From Octopus bimaculoides (taxonomy: Eukaryota): a stretch of DNA of 60,864 nt. The notes below the pieces were generated by a model that saw only the letters and a program-made list of their open reading frames with translations, searched no databases and had not been told where the DNA came from. Where the stretch lies: NCBI RefSeq assembly GCF_001194135.2, contig NC_068993.1, positions 53,875,696 through 53,936,559 of the forward strand. Reading direction: 5' to 3'. Shown piece by piece: positions 24,283-36,968 of the stretch (its first letter is position 1; the number at the start of each line of letters is the position of its first letter). The position numbers were made by a program, and so were the translations under genes.

Positions 24283-25384
24283 NNNNNNNNNNNNNNNNNN
24301 NNNNNNNNNNNNNNNNNNNNNNNNNNNNNNNNNNNNNNNNNNNNNNNNNNNNNNNNNNNNNNNNNNNNNNNNNNNNNNNNNNNNNNNNNNNNNNNNNNNN
24401 NNNNNNNNNNNNNNNNNNNNNNNNNNNNNNNNNNNNNNNNNNNNNNNNNNNNNNNNNNNNNNNNNNNNNNNNNNNNNNNNNNNNNNNNNNNNNNNNNNNN
24501 NNNNNNNNNNNNNNNNNNNNNNNNNNNNNNNNNNNNNNNNNNNNNNNNNNNNNNNNNNNNNNNNNNNNNNNNNNNNNNNNNNNNNNNNNNNNNNNNNNNN
24601 NNNNNNNNNNNNNNNNNNNNNNNNNNNNNNNNNNNNNNNNNNNNNNNNNNNNNNNNNNNNNNNNNNNNNNNNNNNNNNNNNNNNNNNNNNNNNNNNNNNN
24701 NNNNNNNNNNNNNNNNNNNNNNNNNNNNNNNNNNNNNNNNNNNNNNNNNNNNNNNNNNNNNNNNNNNNNNNNNNNNNNNNNNNNNNNNNNNNNNNNNNNN
24801 NNNNNNNNNNNNNNNNNNNNNNNNNNNNNNNNNNNNNNNNNNNNNNNNNNNNNNNNNNNNNNNNNNNNNNNNNNNNNNNNNNNNNNNNNNNNNNNNNNNN
24901 NNNNNNNNNNNNNNNNNNNNNNNNNNNNNNNNNNNNNNNNNNNNNNNNNNNNNNNNNNNNNNNNNNNNNNNNNNNNNNNNNNNNNNNNNNNNNNNNNNNN
25001 NNNNNNNNNNNNNNNNNNNNNNNNNNNNNNNNNNNNNNNNNNNNNNNNNNNNNNNNNNNNNNNNNNNNNNNNNNNNNNNNNNNNNNNNNNNNNNNNNNNN
25101 NNNNNNNNNNNNNNNNNNNNNNNNNNNNNNNNNNNNNNNNNNNNNNNNNNNNNNNNNNNNNNNNNNNNNNNNNNNNNNNNNNNNNNNNNNNNNNNNNNNN
25201 NNNNNNNNNNNNNATCACCACCACCACCACCACCACCACCTTACTCTGTGTAGTTGTTCATCACTGTTTTTCACTCTACTTTTTTTTTTATCTATCTTTC
25301 TACCGACGTTCCTGTCGTGACCTTCCTGTCTATTTGCCTTGGCAAACTGGATTTTCTGTTGGATTTTTGATGTATTTTTCATTC

Positions 25385-25770
25385 TTTTATTTGTTTCAGT
25401 CATTTGACTGCGGCCATGCTGGAGCACCGCCTTTAGTCAAACAAATTGACCTCAAGACTTATTCTTTGTAAGCCAAGTACTTATTCTTTTGATTGTGGAA
25501 CCATGTGGTTGGGAAGCAAGCTTCTTACCACACAGCCATGCAGGAGTGGCTGTGTGGTAAATAGCCAGCTACATGGTTCCGGGTTCAGTCCCACTGCGTG
25601 GCACTTTGGGCAAGTGTCTTCTACTAAAGCCTCGGGCCGACCAAAGCCTTGTGAGTGGATTTGGTAGACGGAAACTGAAAGAAGCCCGTCGTATATGTAT
25701 ATGTATGCATATACATCTATGTGCTTGTGTCTGTGATTGCCCCTACTCTATGATCGCTTGACAGCCGATA
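25385..25770. mobile_element. Two SINE-B copies fused head-to-head: deleted minus copy (25385-25540) and plus copy (25541-25770)
   Basis: Tail plus head of the minus copy abut 'aggagtggctgtgtggtaa...' of the plus copy. Confidence 0.85.
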
Positions 25771-25915
25771 NNNNNNNNNNCCTTCCCGAAATTGCTGGCC
25801 TTGTACCAAAATTCGAAACCAATATTTAGTAGTGATTAATTCGGTGAAGAGGAAGAAAATAAATGAAAACAAAATACAGCAACGATGAAACAAACACCAA
25901 GTCGGGTTGAGGTAT

Positions 25916-26371
25916 ATTCTTTTCTACTCGAGGCACAAGGCCCGAAATTTTCGGGGAGGGAACAAGTCGACTATTAGATCGACCCCCAATACGCAACTGG
26001 TACTTAATTTATCGACACCGAACTGATGAAAAGCAAAATCGACCTCGGCGGAACTTGAACTCAGAACGTAAAGACAGACGAAATATCGCTAAGCGCCCGG
26101 CGTGCTAACGTTTCTACCGGCTCGCCGCCTTGGAGTGTAGTTATATTTATTTCTTTATTGCCTACACGGGGCTAAACATAGAGGGGACAAACAAGGACAT
26201 ACAAAGGGATCAAGTCGATTAGATCGACCCCGTGCGTAATTGGTACTTATTTAATCGACCCCGAATGAATGAAAAGCAAAGTCAACCTCGGCGGAATTTG
26301 AACTCAGAACATAACGGCAGACGAAATACCGCTAAGCATTTCGCCCGGCGTGCTAACGTTTCTGCCAGCTT
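25916..26371 (-). mobile_element. Two tandem SINE-A copies with different tails (25916-26131 tail i; 26148-26371 tail iii)
   Basis: Shared head/body; the tails diverge after '...tcgat(c/g)taatcgact'. Confidence 0.85.
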
Positions 26372-28478
26372 AGAGTTCAAGTATATTGCTGTAATTAATT
26401 AAGTGTGGTTTAATTGATATTTAATGTAAACGTAAGCCCTGGTTTAAGGGCGATTTAACTGCTATGGCATAAAAGGCTTGTCTACGTGGGAGATTATCTC
26501 TGTGTGTTCATTNNNNNNNNNNNNNNNNNNNNNNNNNNNNNNNNNNNNNNNNNNNNNNNNNNNNNNNNNNNNNNNNNNNNNNNNNNNNNNNNNNNNNNNN
26601 NNNNNNNNNNNNNNNNNNNNNNNNNNNNNNNNNNNNNNNNNNNNNNNNNNNNNNNNNNNNNNNNNNNNNNNNNNNNNNNNNNNNNNNNNNNNNNNNNNNN
26701 NNNNNNNNNNNNNNNNNNNNNNNNNNNNNNNNNNNNNNNNNNNNNNNNNNNNNNNNNNNNNNNNNNNNNNNNNNNNNNNNNNNNNNNNNNNNNNNNNNNN
26801 NNNNNNNNNNNNNNNNNNNNNNNNNNNNNNNNNNNNNNNNNNNNNNNNNNNNNNNNNNNNNTATCTGTACGTGTATTAAATTAATTCTCACTTGAATACG
26901 TACAGACACAAATATACAGACACATACCTAGCTATACACACTTACAGAATAAAGGCATACACTTTACACGTAGATACATAAAGACATATACTTCACATGT
27001 AGATACAAACACACACACACACACACACCTGTTAATCGTTAGAAATAAATTCCCTTCTCAAATCAAACTGCTGACTTGAAATAATTCCATCTTCAACAAA
27101 GAAAGTGGGGGAGGGGTAGAGAGAGGGAAAGGCAGAGATAGGCACAGAGAAGGAGGTGGGGAGAGAGAGAGAGAGAGAGAGAACTTGTTGCTATGAAACC
27201 GTTGATTATATTGGATAAACACGTGTAATCAATGATTTTGATATTGTGTCTGGTGGTTGCATTTTGAGTGAAATAAATGTTTCATGTGTTGGGTCTGGCA
27301 CGAAAACGATGTTATTGTTAGGTCTCGCATGCATTAACATTATTTCCGCCACGAGCGAAGTTCTATTTAACAGCTCCGAGTGTGTTTATACTGTTGGAGA
27401 AAATATTATGATTGTTGTTGCTGTTGTTATGATTGTCTCAAATAAAGTACGAGATAAGGTAACAAATGAGCTGGCCCTTTTTTTCCAGTTGACATACGCT
27501 AACGGAGTTTAACATGCTGGAAATTCTATAACCCACAGTCTGGTTGTAAAAGAAAAAAAAATCCTCGACGTTTGGTGTTGAGGGTTTGTTAGAAGATAGA
27601 AACCGCATTTGTTGGTTTTGAAATAGACTTGGTACACTTCATTGCAATGTGATTCCATTAATTCGGTTGGAAATACCGCCGCTACTTTTCCTCGCTTAAT
27701 TTGTTAACTTTTCCCAATAAACAAGACTCTAAAGAATTTGGTATTTTCAGAGACAGGTTCTACGATTTATAAAGATGAAGGGGTATAAAGTTCGTGTTTA
27801 CTAAACAAACAGAATTCAAAGTTGCGATTAAAAAGAATGAAGTTTCACTTTAATTTCTCGTATAAACATCCATTTTATTTCTTATATCAACTTCTTTGTT
27901 TAGCTTTCAGTCAAGTATTAAACACAAACTTACCCCTACTTAACCCCACATTCATGTCAGTTGTTGTTGTTATTTATGATCACTACTCAATAAACATAAT
28001 ACATTCTTTGTACCTGTGTGTGTTTGCGGGTGGTAAATATAAATCTAGCTGAGTGAGGTCCCGAATCGAGATTTTGACCTTTAATTAAAAAAAGGTACAA
28101 ATGCTTTGGTGTCAGACACTTTCTCACAAGTGTAGAAATCCAAATATTTCAAATATTTACACCAGACAACAAGTAGTTTCTGTTTACCAATGTCTGACTG
28201 ACATAATCCTAGATAGATTAATTTATCTATTATTAACCTTTTTAAATGTCCAGATCTAATCATTCGACAGGCGACTGCTGAAAAATCATAAATACCTCGA
28301 TTATTGAAAAAAAATAAGGCATATTGATTGATTTAGTTTGTTACTGATTTCTTATTGAAAGTGGAATTTATGGGGGGAAAAAATTATTGGAAAAAAGAAG
28401 CAGAATGGTATACTCACTTTGCTGGGTGTTGAACCCACGATAGAAATATATAGTCATATTAACCATATGTATTTAATA

Positions 28479-28693
28479 TTGGTTTCAAATTTTGGCACAA
28501 GGCCAGCAATTTCGGGGGAGCGGATAAGTCGATTACATCAATGCCACTGTTCAACTGGTACTTATTTTATCGACCCCGAAAGGATAAAAGAAAATGTCGA
28601 CCACACTGGAATTTGAACTCAGAACGTAAAGACGGACGAAATACCGCTAAGCATTTCGTCCGGCGTGCAAGCAACTCTGACTATTCGCTGCCT
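28479..28693 (-). mobile_element. SINE-A copy (tail ii)
   Basis: Family motifs. Confidence 0.85.
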
Positions 28694-28720
28694 GATATGT
28701 ATTTAATATTATTGTGATAT

Positions 28721-28834
28721 AGGGCGGCGAGCTAACAGAACTACCTGCCTCGGGTCAACAAAAAGCATTGTGTGTGGATCTAGTAGACGGAAACTGAAAG
28801 AAGCCCGTCGTATATAAATGTGTATATATATATA

Positions 28835-28867
<33 letters not shown>

Positions 28868-29238
28868 NNNNNNNNNNNNNNNNNNNNNNNNNNNNNNNNN
28901 NNNNNNNNNNNNNNNNNNNNNNNNNNNNNNNNNNNNNNNNNNNNNNNNNNNNNNNNNNNNNNNNNNNNNNNNNNNNNNNNNNNNNNNNNNNNNNNNNNNN
29001 NNNNNNNNNNNNNNNNNNNNNNNNNNNNNNNNNNNNNNNNNNNNNNNNNCCTACCAGCGTTCGACAACCGGTGTTGGTGTGTATACATCCCCGTAACTTA
29101 CTGATTCGGCAGACAGCCAACAGAATAAGTACCAGTCTTCATATAAAAAATAAGTCTTGGAGTAGATTCATTCAACTAAAAATTCTTCTTGGCGCTGCCC
29201 CAGCATGACCGCAATCTAACGACTGAAAGAAGTAAAAG
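28721..29238 (+). mobile_element. Short SINE-A head stub (28721-28742) joined to a headless SINE-B spanning a gap in its internal microsatellite
   Basis: 'agggcggcgagctaacagaaac' then 'gcctcgggtcaac...agacggaaactgaaagaagcccgtcg...gactgaaagaagtaaaag'. Confidence 0.75.
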
Positions 29239-30624
29239 TTAAAACGTACTTTGACTTTTGTGAATAAAATCCGTTCACCTCGCTGAAATTTTACAGAAAT
29301 ATTCTAAAATAATCCAACTGCGTTTATAGACGTAAAATATTTTGTTTCTGAGAAGCTATGAGTTAGCGAAAGCAGAATTTCTTTGCTAAAATATTAGAAC
29401 TATAAAATAAAACCATAGTCATTTTCTCTACAGTTGTTTCAAAATAAGATAAAATTAAGTAACGATAAAAATTAGGAGAAAATAAATATGAATATAGAAT
29501 TACATTCACATTTTTAGATAAGGGAACGTTGATGACTTCATGGAAATAATTGCGTTGGAATACAGATTAAAACTTGCAGGACAATGCAGCTGATAAGCAA
29601 AGATGAGAATTTTCCTTTATAAACATGGAATGTCTGAGCGATGTTTGAATAATAACAATCATGCAACTTTATAAATGTTATGGAAATTTTTTCAATGAAA
29701 TGTTGTATTCTTAGAATATTGTCATTGCATATCAACAACAAGGGATGGGGATGCTGTTGGAGGTTATCAGAAGATCTTGACTCAACAGAAATTCTTTACG
29801 ACAGTAAAACTGTGGGTATGTGCAAAAAACGAAAGAAGCCCAGACGATGTGGAAGCCAGCAGTCGTCAAAGTATCAACGTTTCAAAGGCGAAGAATGATG
29901 TGATACATTCACGTATTTATGTGTGTGTGTGTGAGTGTATAAATGTATTTATGCATATATTAACATACATGTACTTATATATATTATATGTTTACATACA
30001 TACACACATACATACATATTGATATTCATGAACACTATTTTATTATGACTGTAGCAGTTTCGTACAAACGTCATATAACGATATTTGCATACAGTTTGCC
30101 ACGCTCCACGTCGATTTGTTGTGAGGCCAACACTTTACACTTTGAACAAAATTGTATAGAAAACACTAATTGCTGCGCTCTTCCACCGATAATTAATGGA
30201 AATAGCAAATGTAATATTGGTTTTATAATTGTCATTTTATTATTTGGGTTTTATTATATACTTTCTTATGTATTGCACAGAAGAATGACTTAAGAATAAG
30301 TCATTCCAATTTCTGCAAATACTGGTTCTAATTCAAAAGAAGAATCCTGTAAGAGGTGCATCTGACCTAAACACCTTGTTAATATGCCTGTAGTGCATAT
30401 CTAGTTCGTTGGCTACAAAACCATGTTGATATACTTAAAGATACTTTCAACACCAACTACTCATGCTCAGTCATAAAGACTGCAGGCAGTTTGATTGGCA
30501 AATGGATAATTCGCGTCATCGATATTAAGAGTGAAGTTGCTAATGCATTTGCAACTGCGCAAAAAATGCTGGAAAGATGCAGACTTTATGCACAGATTCT
30601 CTTCACTATGAATGAAACAGTCTA

Positions 30625-30843
30625 TTCTTTTCTACTCTAAGCACAAGGCTCGAAATTTTTGGGGAGGTGGGGGCCAGTCGATTAGATCGACCCCCAGTAT
30701 GCAACTAGGACTTAATTTATCGATCCCGAAAGGATGAAAGGTAAAGTCGACCTCGGTGGAATTTGAACTCAGAACGTAAAGACAGACGAAATACTGCTAA
30801 ACATTACGCCCGGCGTGCTAACGTTTCTGCCAGCACGCCACCT
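30625..30843 (-). mobile_element. SINE-A full copy (tail i)
   Basis: Family motifs. Confidence 0.9.
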
Positions 30844-30872
30844 TAATAAAACAGTCTGGTGTTACTATCTCT

Positions 30873-31126
30873 CAGTGGTTCTCAACCATTTTTTACCTAT
30901 GGACTCCTTTGATTGCTTTTATACTCGTATGGACCCTCATAATCATTCGATGTTTAAAAAAAAAATTATTATATCTTTATAATTAAATATTATCCGGAAT
31001 TGTATAAAAAGAATTACTAAAATATTTTGTATATTGTAGAAGTAGAACCTATTTATTGCACACAAACCTTAACAGCGGATACCGCCCCCCCCCCAAGGGT
31101 CACGTGGATCCGGTTGAGAACTACTG
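30873..31126. mobile_element. 254-bp hAT (Charlie-like) MITE
   Basis: TIRs CAGTGGTTCTCAACC / GGTTGAGAACTACTG (14/15). The flanking 8-mers ctatctct and ctctgcct match only 5/8, consistent with a decayed TSD. Confidence 0.75.
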
Positions 31127-32705
31127 CTCTGCCTGAACTCTTGCCAGAACTTCACAAAAACTCTGAGGCTTTCCATGCAATCAATTCGCTTAGTGACAAT
31201 GAAGCTCCATCGACGGAGTGTTCATTGAGGTAATAACCGATGAAGGGGTTACCCCCGTGCGAATACTCGATATTTCAGATTAGTAGTTGGTCACCCCTAC
31301 TTGGGTTTCTACCTACATTGCGGTTCACAAGAGGAAGGACTGCGATGAATGTGGAAACAATAAAAGTCGTTAAAGATTTTTAGACCAATTAAACTTCTAC
31401 AGTCATTCTTGTATTAGTGTTGCAATACAGTTTAACGATACATAGGTATAACGCGTATTTAACTATTTCTACAAAACAAGTATTTATAGGTTTGTGTATA
31501 AATATATTGACGAGCGTGTTATCTAGCTACAGACTTACCCCTACCGCATTTATAATCATATATTATCGTTCAACATACCTATGTATTATATATATATATA
31601 TAGGAAAATGAAAAAAAGCCAGAATGCTGAACTGGAAGCATAATTTAATAAAGATTTTTTCTAACCGGTTTTCATTGCGAAGAAACAAATTATCAAGAAG
31701 GAGAATGAAAATGTTTTTTTACAAAGAAGTACAAAATGAAGAAAATAATATATAAAACAATAATATATAAAAAAATAAATATACCCATACATTATATTGT
31801 CTTTGAGCTTTTGTAGTTCACTCCTATTATTTCTCCACGTGCGGTTAACACAACCCCACTATTTACTGACTTATATATATATATATATATATATATATAN
31901 NNNNNNNNNNNNNNNNNNNNNNNNNNNNNNNNNNNNNNNNNNNNNNNNNNNNNNNNNNNNNNNNNNNNNNNNNNNNNNNNNNNNNNNNNNNNNNNNNNNN
32001 NNNNNNNNNNNNNNNNNNNNNNNNNNNNNNNNNNNNNNNNNNNNNNNNNNNNNNNNNNNNNNNNNNNNNNNNNNNNNNNNNNNNNNNNNNNNNNNNNNNN
32101 NNNNNNNNNNNNNNNNNNNNNNNNNNNNNNNNNNNNNNNNNNNNNNNNNNNNNNNNNNNNNNNNNNNNNNNNNNNNNNNNNNNNNNNNNNNNNNNNNNNN
32201 NNNNNNNNNNNNNNNNNNNNNNNNNNNNNNNNNNNNNNNNNNNNNNNNNNNNNNNNNNNNNNNNNNNNNNNNNNNNNNNNNNNNNNNNNNNNNNNNNNNN
32301 NNNNNNNNNNNNNNNNNNNNNNNNNNNNNNNNNNNNNNNNNNNNNNNNNNNNNNNNNNNNNNNNNNNNNNNNNNNNNNNNNNNNNNNNNNNNNNNNNNNN
32401 NNNNNNNNNNNNNNNNNNNNNNNNNNNNNNNNNNNNNNNNNNNNNNNNNNNNNNNNNNNNNNNNNNNNNNNNNNNNNNNNNNNNNNNNNNNNNNNNNNNN
32501 NNNNNNNNNNNNNNNNNNNNNNNNNNNNNNNNNNNNNNNNNNNNNNNNNNNNNNNNNNNNNNNNNNNNTTTTAGAGAGAGGTTTTTTAGAGAGAGGGTTT
32601 TTAGAGAGATGGTAACAAATGACTGATAGAAATCTCTGCTAAAACATTTCCTGGTTTGTTCAAATATTTAGTTTGAAAGCTCGTTTCCCACCCGTAAATA
32701 GCACT

Positions 32706-33058
32706 CTTTTATCTGTTTCAGCCATTTGACTGCGCCCACACTGATGCATCGCCTTGAAGAATTTATAATCGCATGAATCGACCCCCCAGAACTTATTTTT
32801 TTTAAAGCGGGGTAGTTATCCTATCAGTCTGTTTTGCCAAACCGATAAGTTACGAGGACGTAAATACCCTCCCACAAACACACACACATATATATATGAC
32901 AGGCTTCTTTCAGTTTCCGTCTACCTAATCCACTCATATGGCTCTCATTGACCCGGGGTTATAGTACAAAACAGTTGCCCAAGACGCCACGCAGTGGGAC
33001 TGAACCCGGAATCATGTAATTGAAGAGCAAACTTCTTACTACACAGCTACACTTGCGC
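32706..33058 (-). mobile_element. SINE-B full-length copy
   Basis: Collinear reverse complement of 12064-12450. Confidence 0.85.
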
Positions 33059-33085
33059 GTCTTGTATTAATTAATTTATTATTGT

Positions 33086-33289
33086 AAGGCGCGGGGAGCT
33101 GGTAGAAACGTTAGCACGCCGGGCGAAATGCTTAGCTGTATTTCGTCTGCCATTACGTTCTGAGTTCAAATTCCACCGAGGTCGACTTTGTCTTTCATCC
33201 TTTCGGAGTAGATAAATTAAGTACCAGTCTAATCGACTGCCCCACCTCACTCCCTAAAAATTTCGGGCCTTGTGCTTAGGATAGAAAAT
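33086..33289 (+). mobile_element. SINE-A copy (tail i)
   Basis: Family motifs. Confidence 0.85.
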
Positions 33290-33386
33290 AATATATTTAT
33301 GCATTTTAGAAAACAAATTATGTTGACCATTAAGTCTTTTATTTAATTAGTTCATGCCATCTCTTATAGTGATTTGTCTTGTTCAG

Positions 33387-34560
33387 TTATAAGATAGTAA
33401 TAAAGAATTCGTTATTCCTAAATTTAACACACTTATATGCAGAAATTAAAATGTTTTTTTCATGCCATAAAGTCCCAATTGTGTGTGTGGTGGTTGCTTC
33501 TACAGGGTGTGCTGTTGTACTAAACCAATAACCCCGAATAAGTATCACTAAAAAAATAAATACAAACTTCAAGCCATTTCTATGTATATAATACAACTTC
33601 AACTTAATATAATCTTTCTTTCTGGGTGTGTGTTGTTAGATTTGATAAAAGAAAATTACGACCAGATAAAACATGATACTACAAGAACAGAATTATCGTA
33701 AAGAAAACCTACAATCTAAAGTGAGTGTGCAGCACTCACCAAGCGCAACTACATTATACGTCCCTGGTTAGTATCGTTACAGCATCACTACGCCATAATT
33801 GCCATGTCTTGGCGGATTTGATGAGAAGTTTGTAAGAACAGTAAATTATTCTTCAAAAATAATTCTTTTAGAAAATAATTCCTAATTGCCCGTTAAAGTT
33901 TTCACAAAATTTAAAACCGTGGAGCATTTTTCTTTAATGTTTTTTTGTAATACCACTCCTTGTGTGTTATATATAATTTCTTTATACTCTGTCAAGAATA
34001 GTTTTCCTGATGCTCCTGTTGCTATGGTTGTTCTCTATTAAATGTACAATTTTTTTTTAAATCAATCCACACTCCTAAACTGTTGTTTCAATCTCAATCT
34101 TCGTTACTTTAACAATCTTGCAATCTCTTCATTTTTCTTTATTCACAATTCATTCTTATATCTTTCCTCTATTGAATTCCTCTGAGAGTCTTTTCCCACT
34201 ATTAATTACATTACCGTACTTCCCCAAATAGTTCTAATGTCTGTTAAAACAATTTTTCAGTTATGAATGAACTCGTTACATCAGAAGCTGCAAATTTATC
34301 ATTTGTGTTAAAGAGCTTTTTCATCCGATACATTTCAGCTAAAAACATCTCCGGCCCAACATTTTCTGCTTAATTTAGAAATTAGTAAATATGATCTTGA
34401 AATACCCACCATTCAACATAGTAGAGCTGAGGTGGTTCGAGAAATCTTATCAGCTAAACGTTTATAGTAAATTAAGAACAATTGTCCCTTGAGGGCAAAC
34501 AAACACTATTGGCCTTCTACATTGCATGACGGGTTCATGGCAGGTTGACATTATAGCAAA
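33387..34560 (-). pseudogene. Highly decayed Penelope-like reverse transcriptase
   Basis: Ordered motifs on minus: HEPVMQCRRPIV (34501-34539; cf. HKP..PLRPIV), FAASDVTSSF (~34265-34295; cf. FDVTSLF), then YIHRNGLKF..FLVILI and HP......IGTLWH (33387-33602; motif E/thumb-like). No YxDD recognised; many stops. Confidence 0.45.
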
Positions 34561-35283
34561 GTCAAAAGAATTTAATCTTAATGGATGTCTCTTCATCAAT
34601 TGAAAGTCATTTCCGGGTAGTATTTTCTTTTCTCTATTTCGTAAAGAGAGAAGGAAAAATGAACGCTTGAAGAATATTATTATTCTGGAGTGGTACATTG
34701 TTTGGGTGGTTGCAATTAATATGTTTAATGTTTAGTCTGAATTACAGGAGCTAAAATTTTCATATCTAGTAAAATAGGATAATTTTCCTTGTTGCGTTAT
34801 TAAATAAATGTAAGAAGGTATACTATAATGTAAAAGCCAGAGCAATACTGCTAAAAGAATAAAAGAAATTTTATTCGATATTTCAGCCATAAAATACACA
34901 AGTAATGAATTCAGTATCCCACGAAAACGAACTGCTTGAACAGAGGACACAAAATAAAATGTAGCCGCTTGGGGGTCAATAATTTATTTTGTAAGCTTTC
35001 TGTTTTCTGGTATATACTGAGCTATAAACAATAATAAACCATGTTTAAATCAAATTCTACTTTTTTTTTTACATAAAATAACATCATATATGGATGCATT
35101 GTCGGTGAGAAATCACCGAACAAACGTTTTAAAAGGGGATGTCACTTCACGATTAAGGCAGAGGATAAGACATTGGCTAACTAAGAAGAGAGCTAATGAT
35201 TTTTCTTCTCATCAAAGCTGTAATTTTAATTAATTAATATTACATGACTCACCACACTAAAATATTAAAATATTGAATGGCCG

Positions 35284-35344
35284 GATAACTGAGGAGATGT
35301 TGGCATGGGTTCCCACCCCGGCATCCGAAACTCGGAGTTTTATT
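35284..35344 (+). ncRNA. Type I hammerhead ribozyme-like motif with all three helices
   Basis: GATAA CTGAGGA GATGTTGG-14nt-CCGGCATC C GAA ACT-CGG-AGT T TTATT. Helix I has 5 bp (one G.U), stem II 8 bp (two G.U), stem III 3 bp with a CGG loop; cleavage triplet GUU. Confidence 0.7.
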
Positions 35345-35893
35345 ATGGCTACTGAATAAGTGTCGCATATTTTTACAGATAAATTCCTCTATTTGCATAA
35401 TATCAAGGTCTCTTTCTTTCTTTTGTTGTCCTTCCTGTCAAATATATATATATATATATNNNNNNNNNNNNNNNNNNNNNNNNNNNNNNNNNNNNNNNNN
35501 NNNNNNNNNNNNNNNNNNNNNNNNNNNNNNNNNNNNNNNNNNNNNNNNNNNNNNNNNNNNNNNNNNNNNNNNNNNNNNNNNNNNNNNNNNNNNNNNNNNN
35601 NNNNNNNNNNNNNNNNNNNNNNNNNNNNNNNNNNNNNNNNNNNNNNNNNNNNNNNNNNNNNNNNNNNNNNNNNNNNNNNNNNNNNNNNNNNNNNNNNNNN
35701 NNNNNNNNNNNNNNNNNNNNNNNNNNNNNNNNNNNNNNNNNNNNNNNNNNNNNNNNNNNNNNNNNNNNNNNNNNNNNNNNNNNNNNNNNNNNNNNNNNNN
35801 NNNNNNNNNNNNNNNNNNNNNNNNNNNNNNNNNNNNNNNNNNNNNNNNNNNNNNNNNNNNNNNNNNNNNNNNNNNNNNNNNNNNNNNNNNNNN

Positions 35894-35945
<52 letters not shown>

Positions 35946-35949
35946 CGTC

Positions 35950-36100
35950 TGTGTTTGTTCCCATACCATCGCTTGACAACCGATGTTGGTGTGTTTACGT
36001 CCCCGTAACTTAGCGGTTCGGCAAAAGAGGTAAGATTAAATAAGTACTAGGCTTACAAAGAATAAGTCAAATGACTGAAACAAGTAAAAGAATAAAAGAA
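35950..36100 (+). mobile_element. SINE-B 3' half
   Basis: 'cgcttgacaaccgatgttggtgtgtttacgtccccgtaacttagcggttcggcaaaagag...gactgaaacaagtaaaagaa'. Confidence 0.85.
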
Positions 36101-36930
36101 TTGTAGAAGAGTAACCAGTTTATTGCACATAAATTTCAACAACGAATCCTTATGTGAACCTCCCAAGGACCGTATGGACCCCGGTTGAGTTGGGGGATTT
36201 ACGCATGAATCGCACTGAATATTGTGCGCCAAGCAGAATAAATGCCCACGCTGTAATGGTAGATTGAAGAGCTGTCGTAATTTTCCAAACGGTAGCAACA
36301 AAAAGCTCATACTGTCCATTTCCGGTAAAGTGGGATGAGAACTAGCAGCTTGTTGGGACACACCTACTATGCAAGAATATCTTTATTTCGAAAGACAAGT
36401 AGGCGGTTGGACATATCCGGATAAATTAAGGATAGAGAATTATGTAATCAAGCAAGAATTGATAATTGATGAAGAAATGTAGCGATAAGAGATAGCAAAA
36501 GACAACCGATCTATTCATCGGCTGCAATCAACAGATATTTATTGCTTGAAATAAATGCTTACCCACGTCCAAAGCGGTGTATATAATTGCCATCGCGGTG
36601 TTATGGTGTGTATGTACGTGTGTCTGTTTTGTGTGTGTTTGTACGTGTATATAGACATGCGTAGATAAATATACAGAGAAATTAATGGATGTAGATTTAT
36701 TAGATGAAAAGATAGATAGATAGATAGATAGGTAGACAGACAGACAGACAGACAGACAGATAGATAGATAGATAGACAGATAAGAAATATGTGAGTGCGT
36801 ATATGTATACGTACATATATATATATATATGTATGTATATGATTAGATATGTATATCTAATCTAATTGATCTTTTTTATCCATCGGTCTATCTACCAATT
36901 AGACTGTCTGTCTATCTCTCCCACTCTCCC

Positions 36931-36968
<38 letters not shown>

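Noticed and set aside
29718-29815. Plus-strand AG..GT-bounded 98-nt segment open in two frames
   Set aside because: Weak polypyrimidine tract, no recognisable protein and no partner exons. Similar unsupported candidates occur at 4.5-4.6, 5.4, 5.8 and 9.0 kb.
31222-31270. CCGATGAA-GGGG-TTA-CCCC hairpin as a hammerhead
   Set aside because: Stem II is not followed by GAAA, and stems I and III cannot be built.
32569-32612. 15-16-bp repeat translating LERGFLERGFLERW
   Set aside because: Short minisatellite at a gap edge with no coding support.
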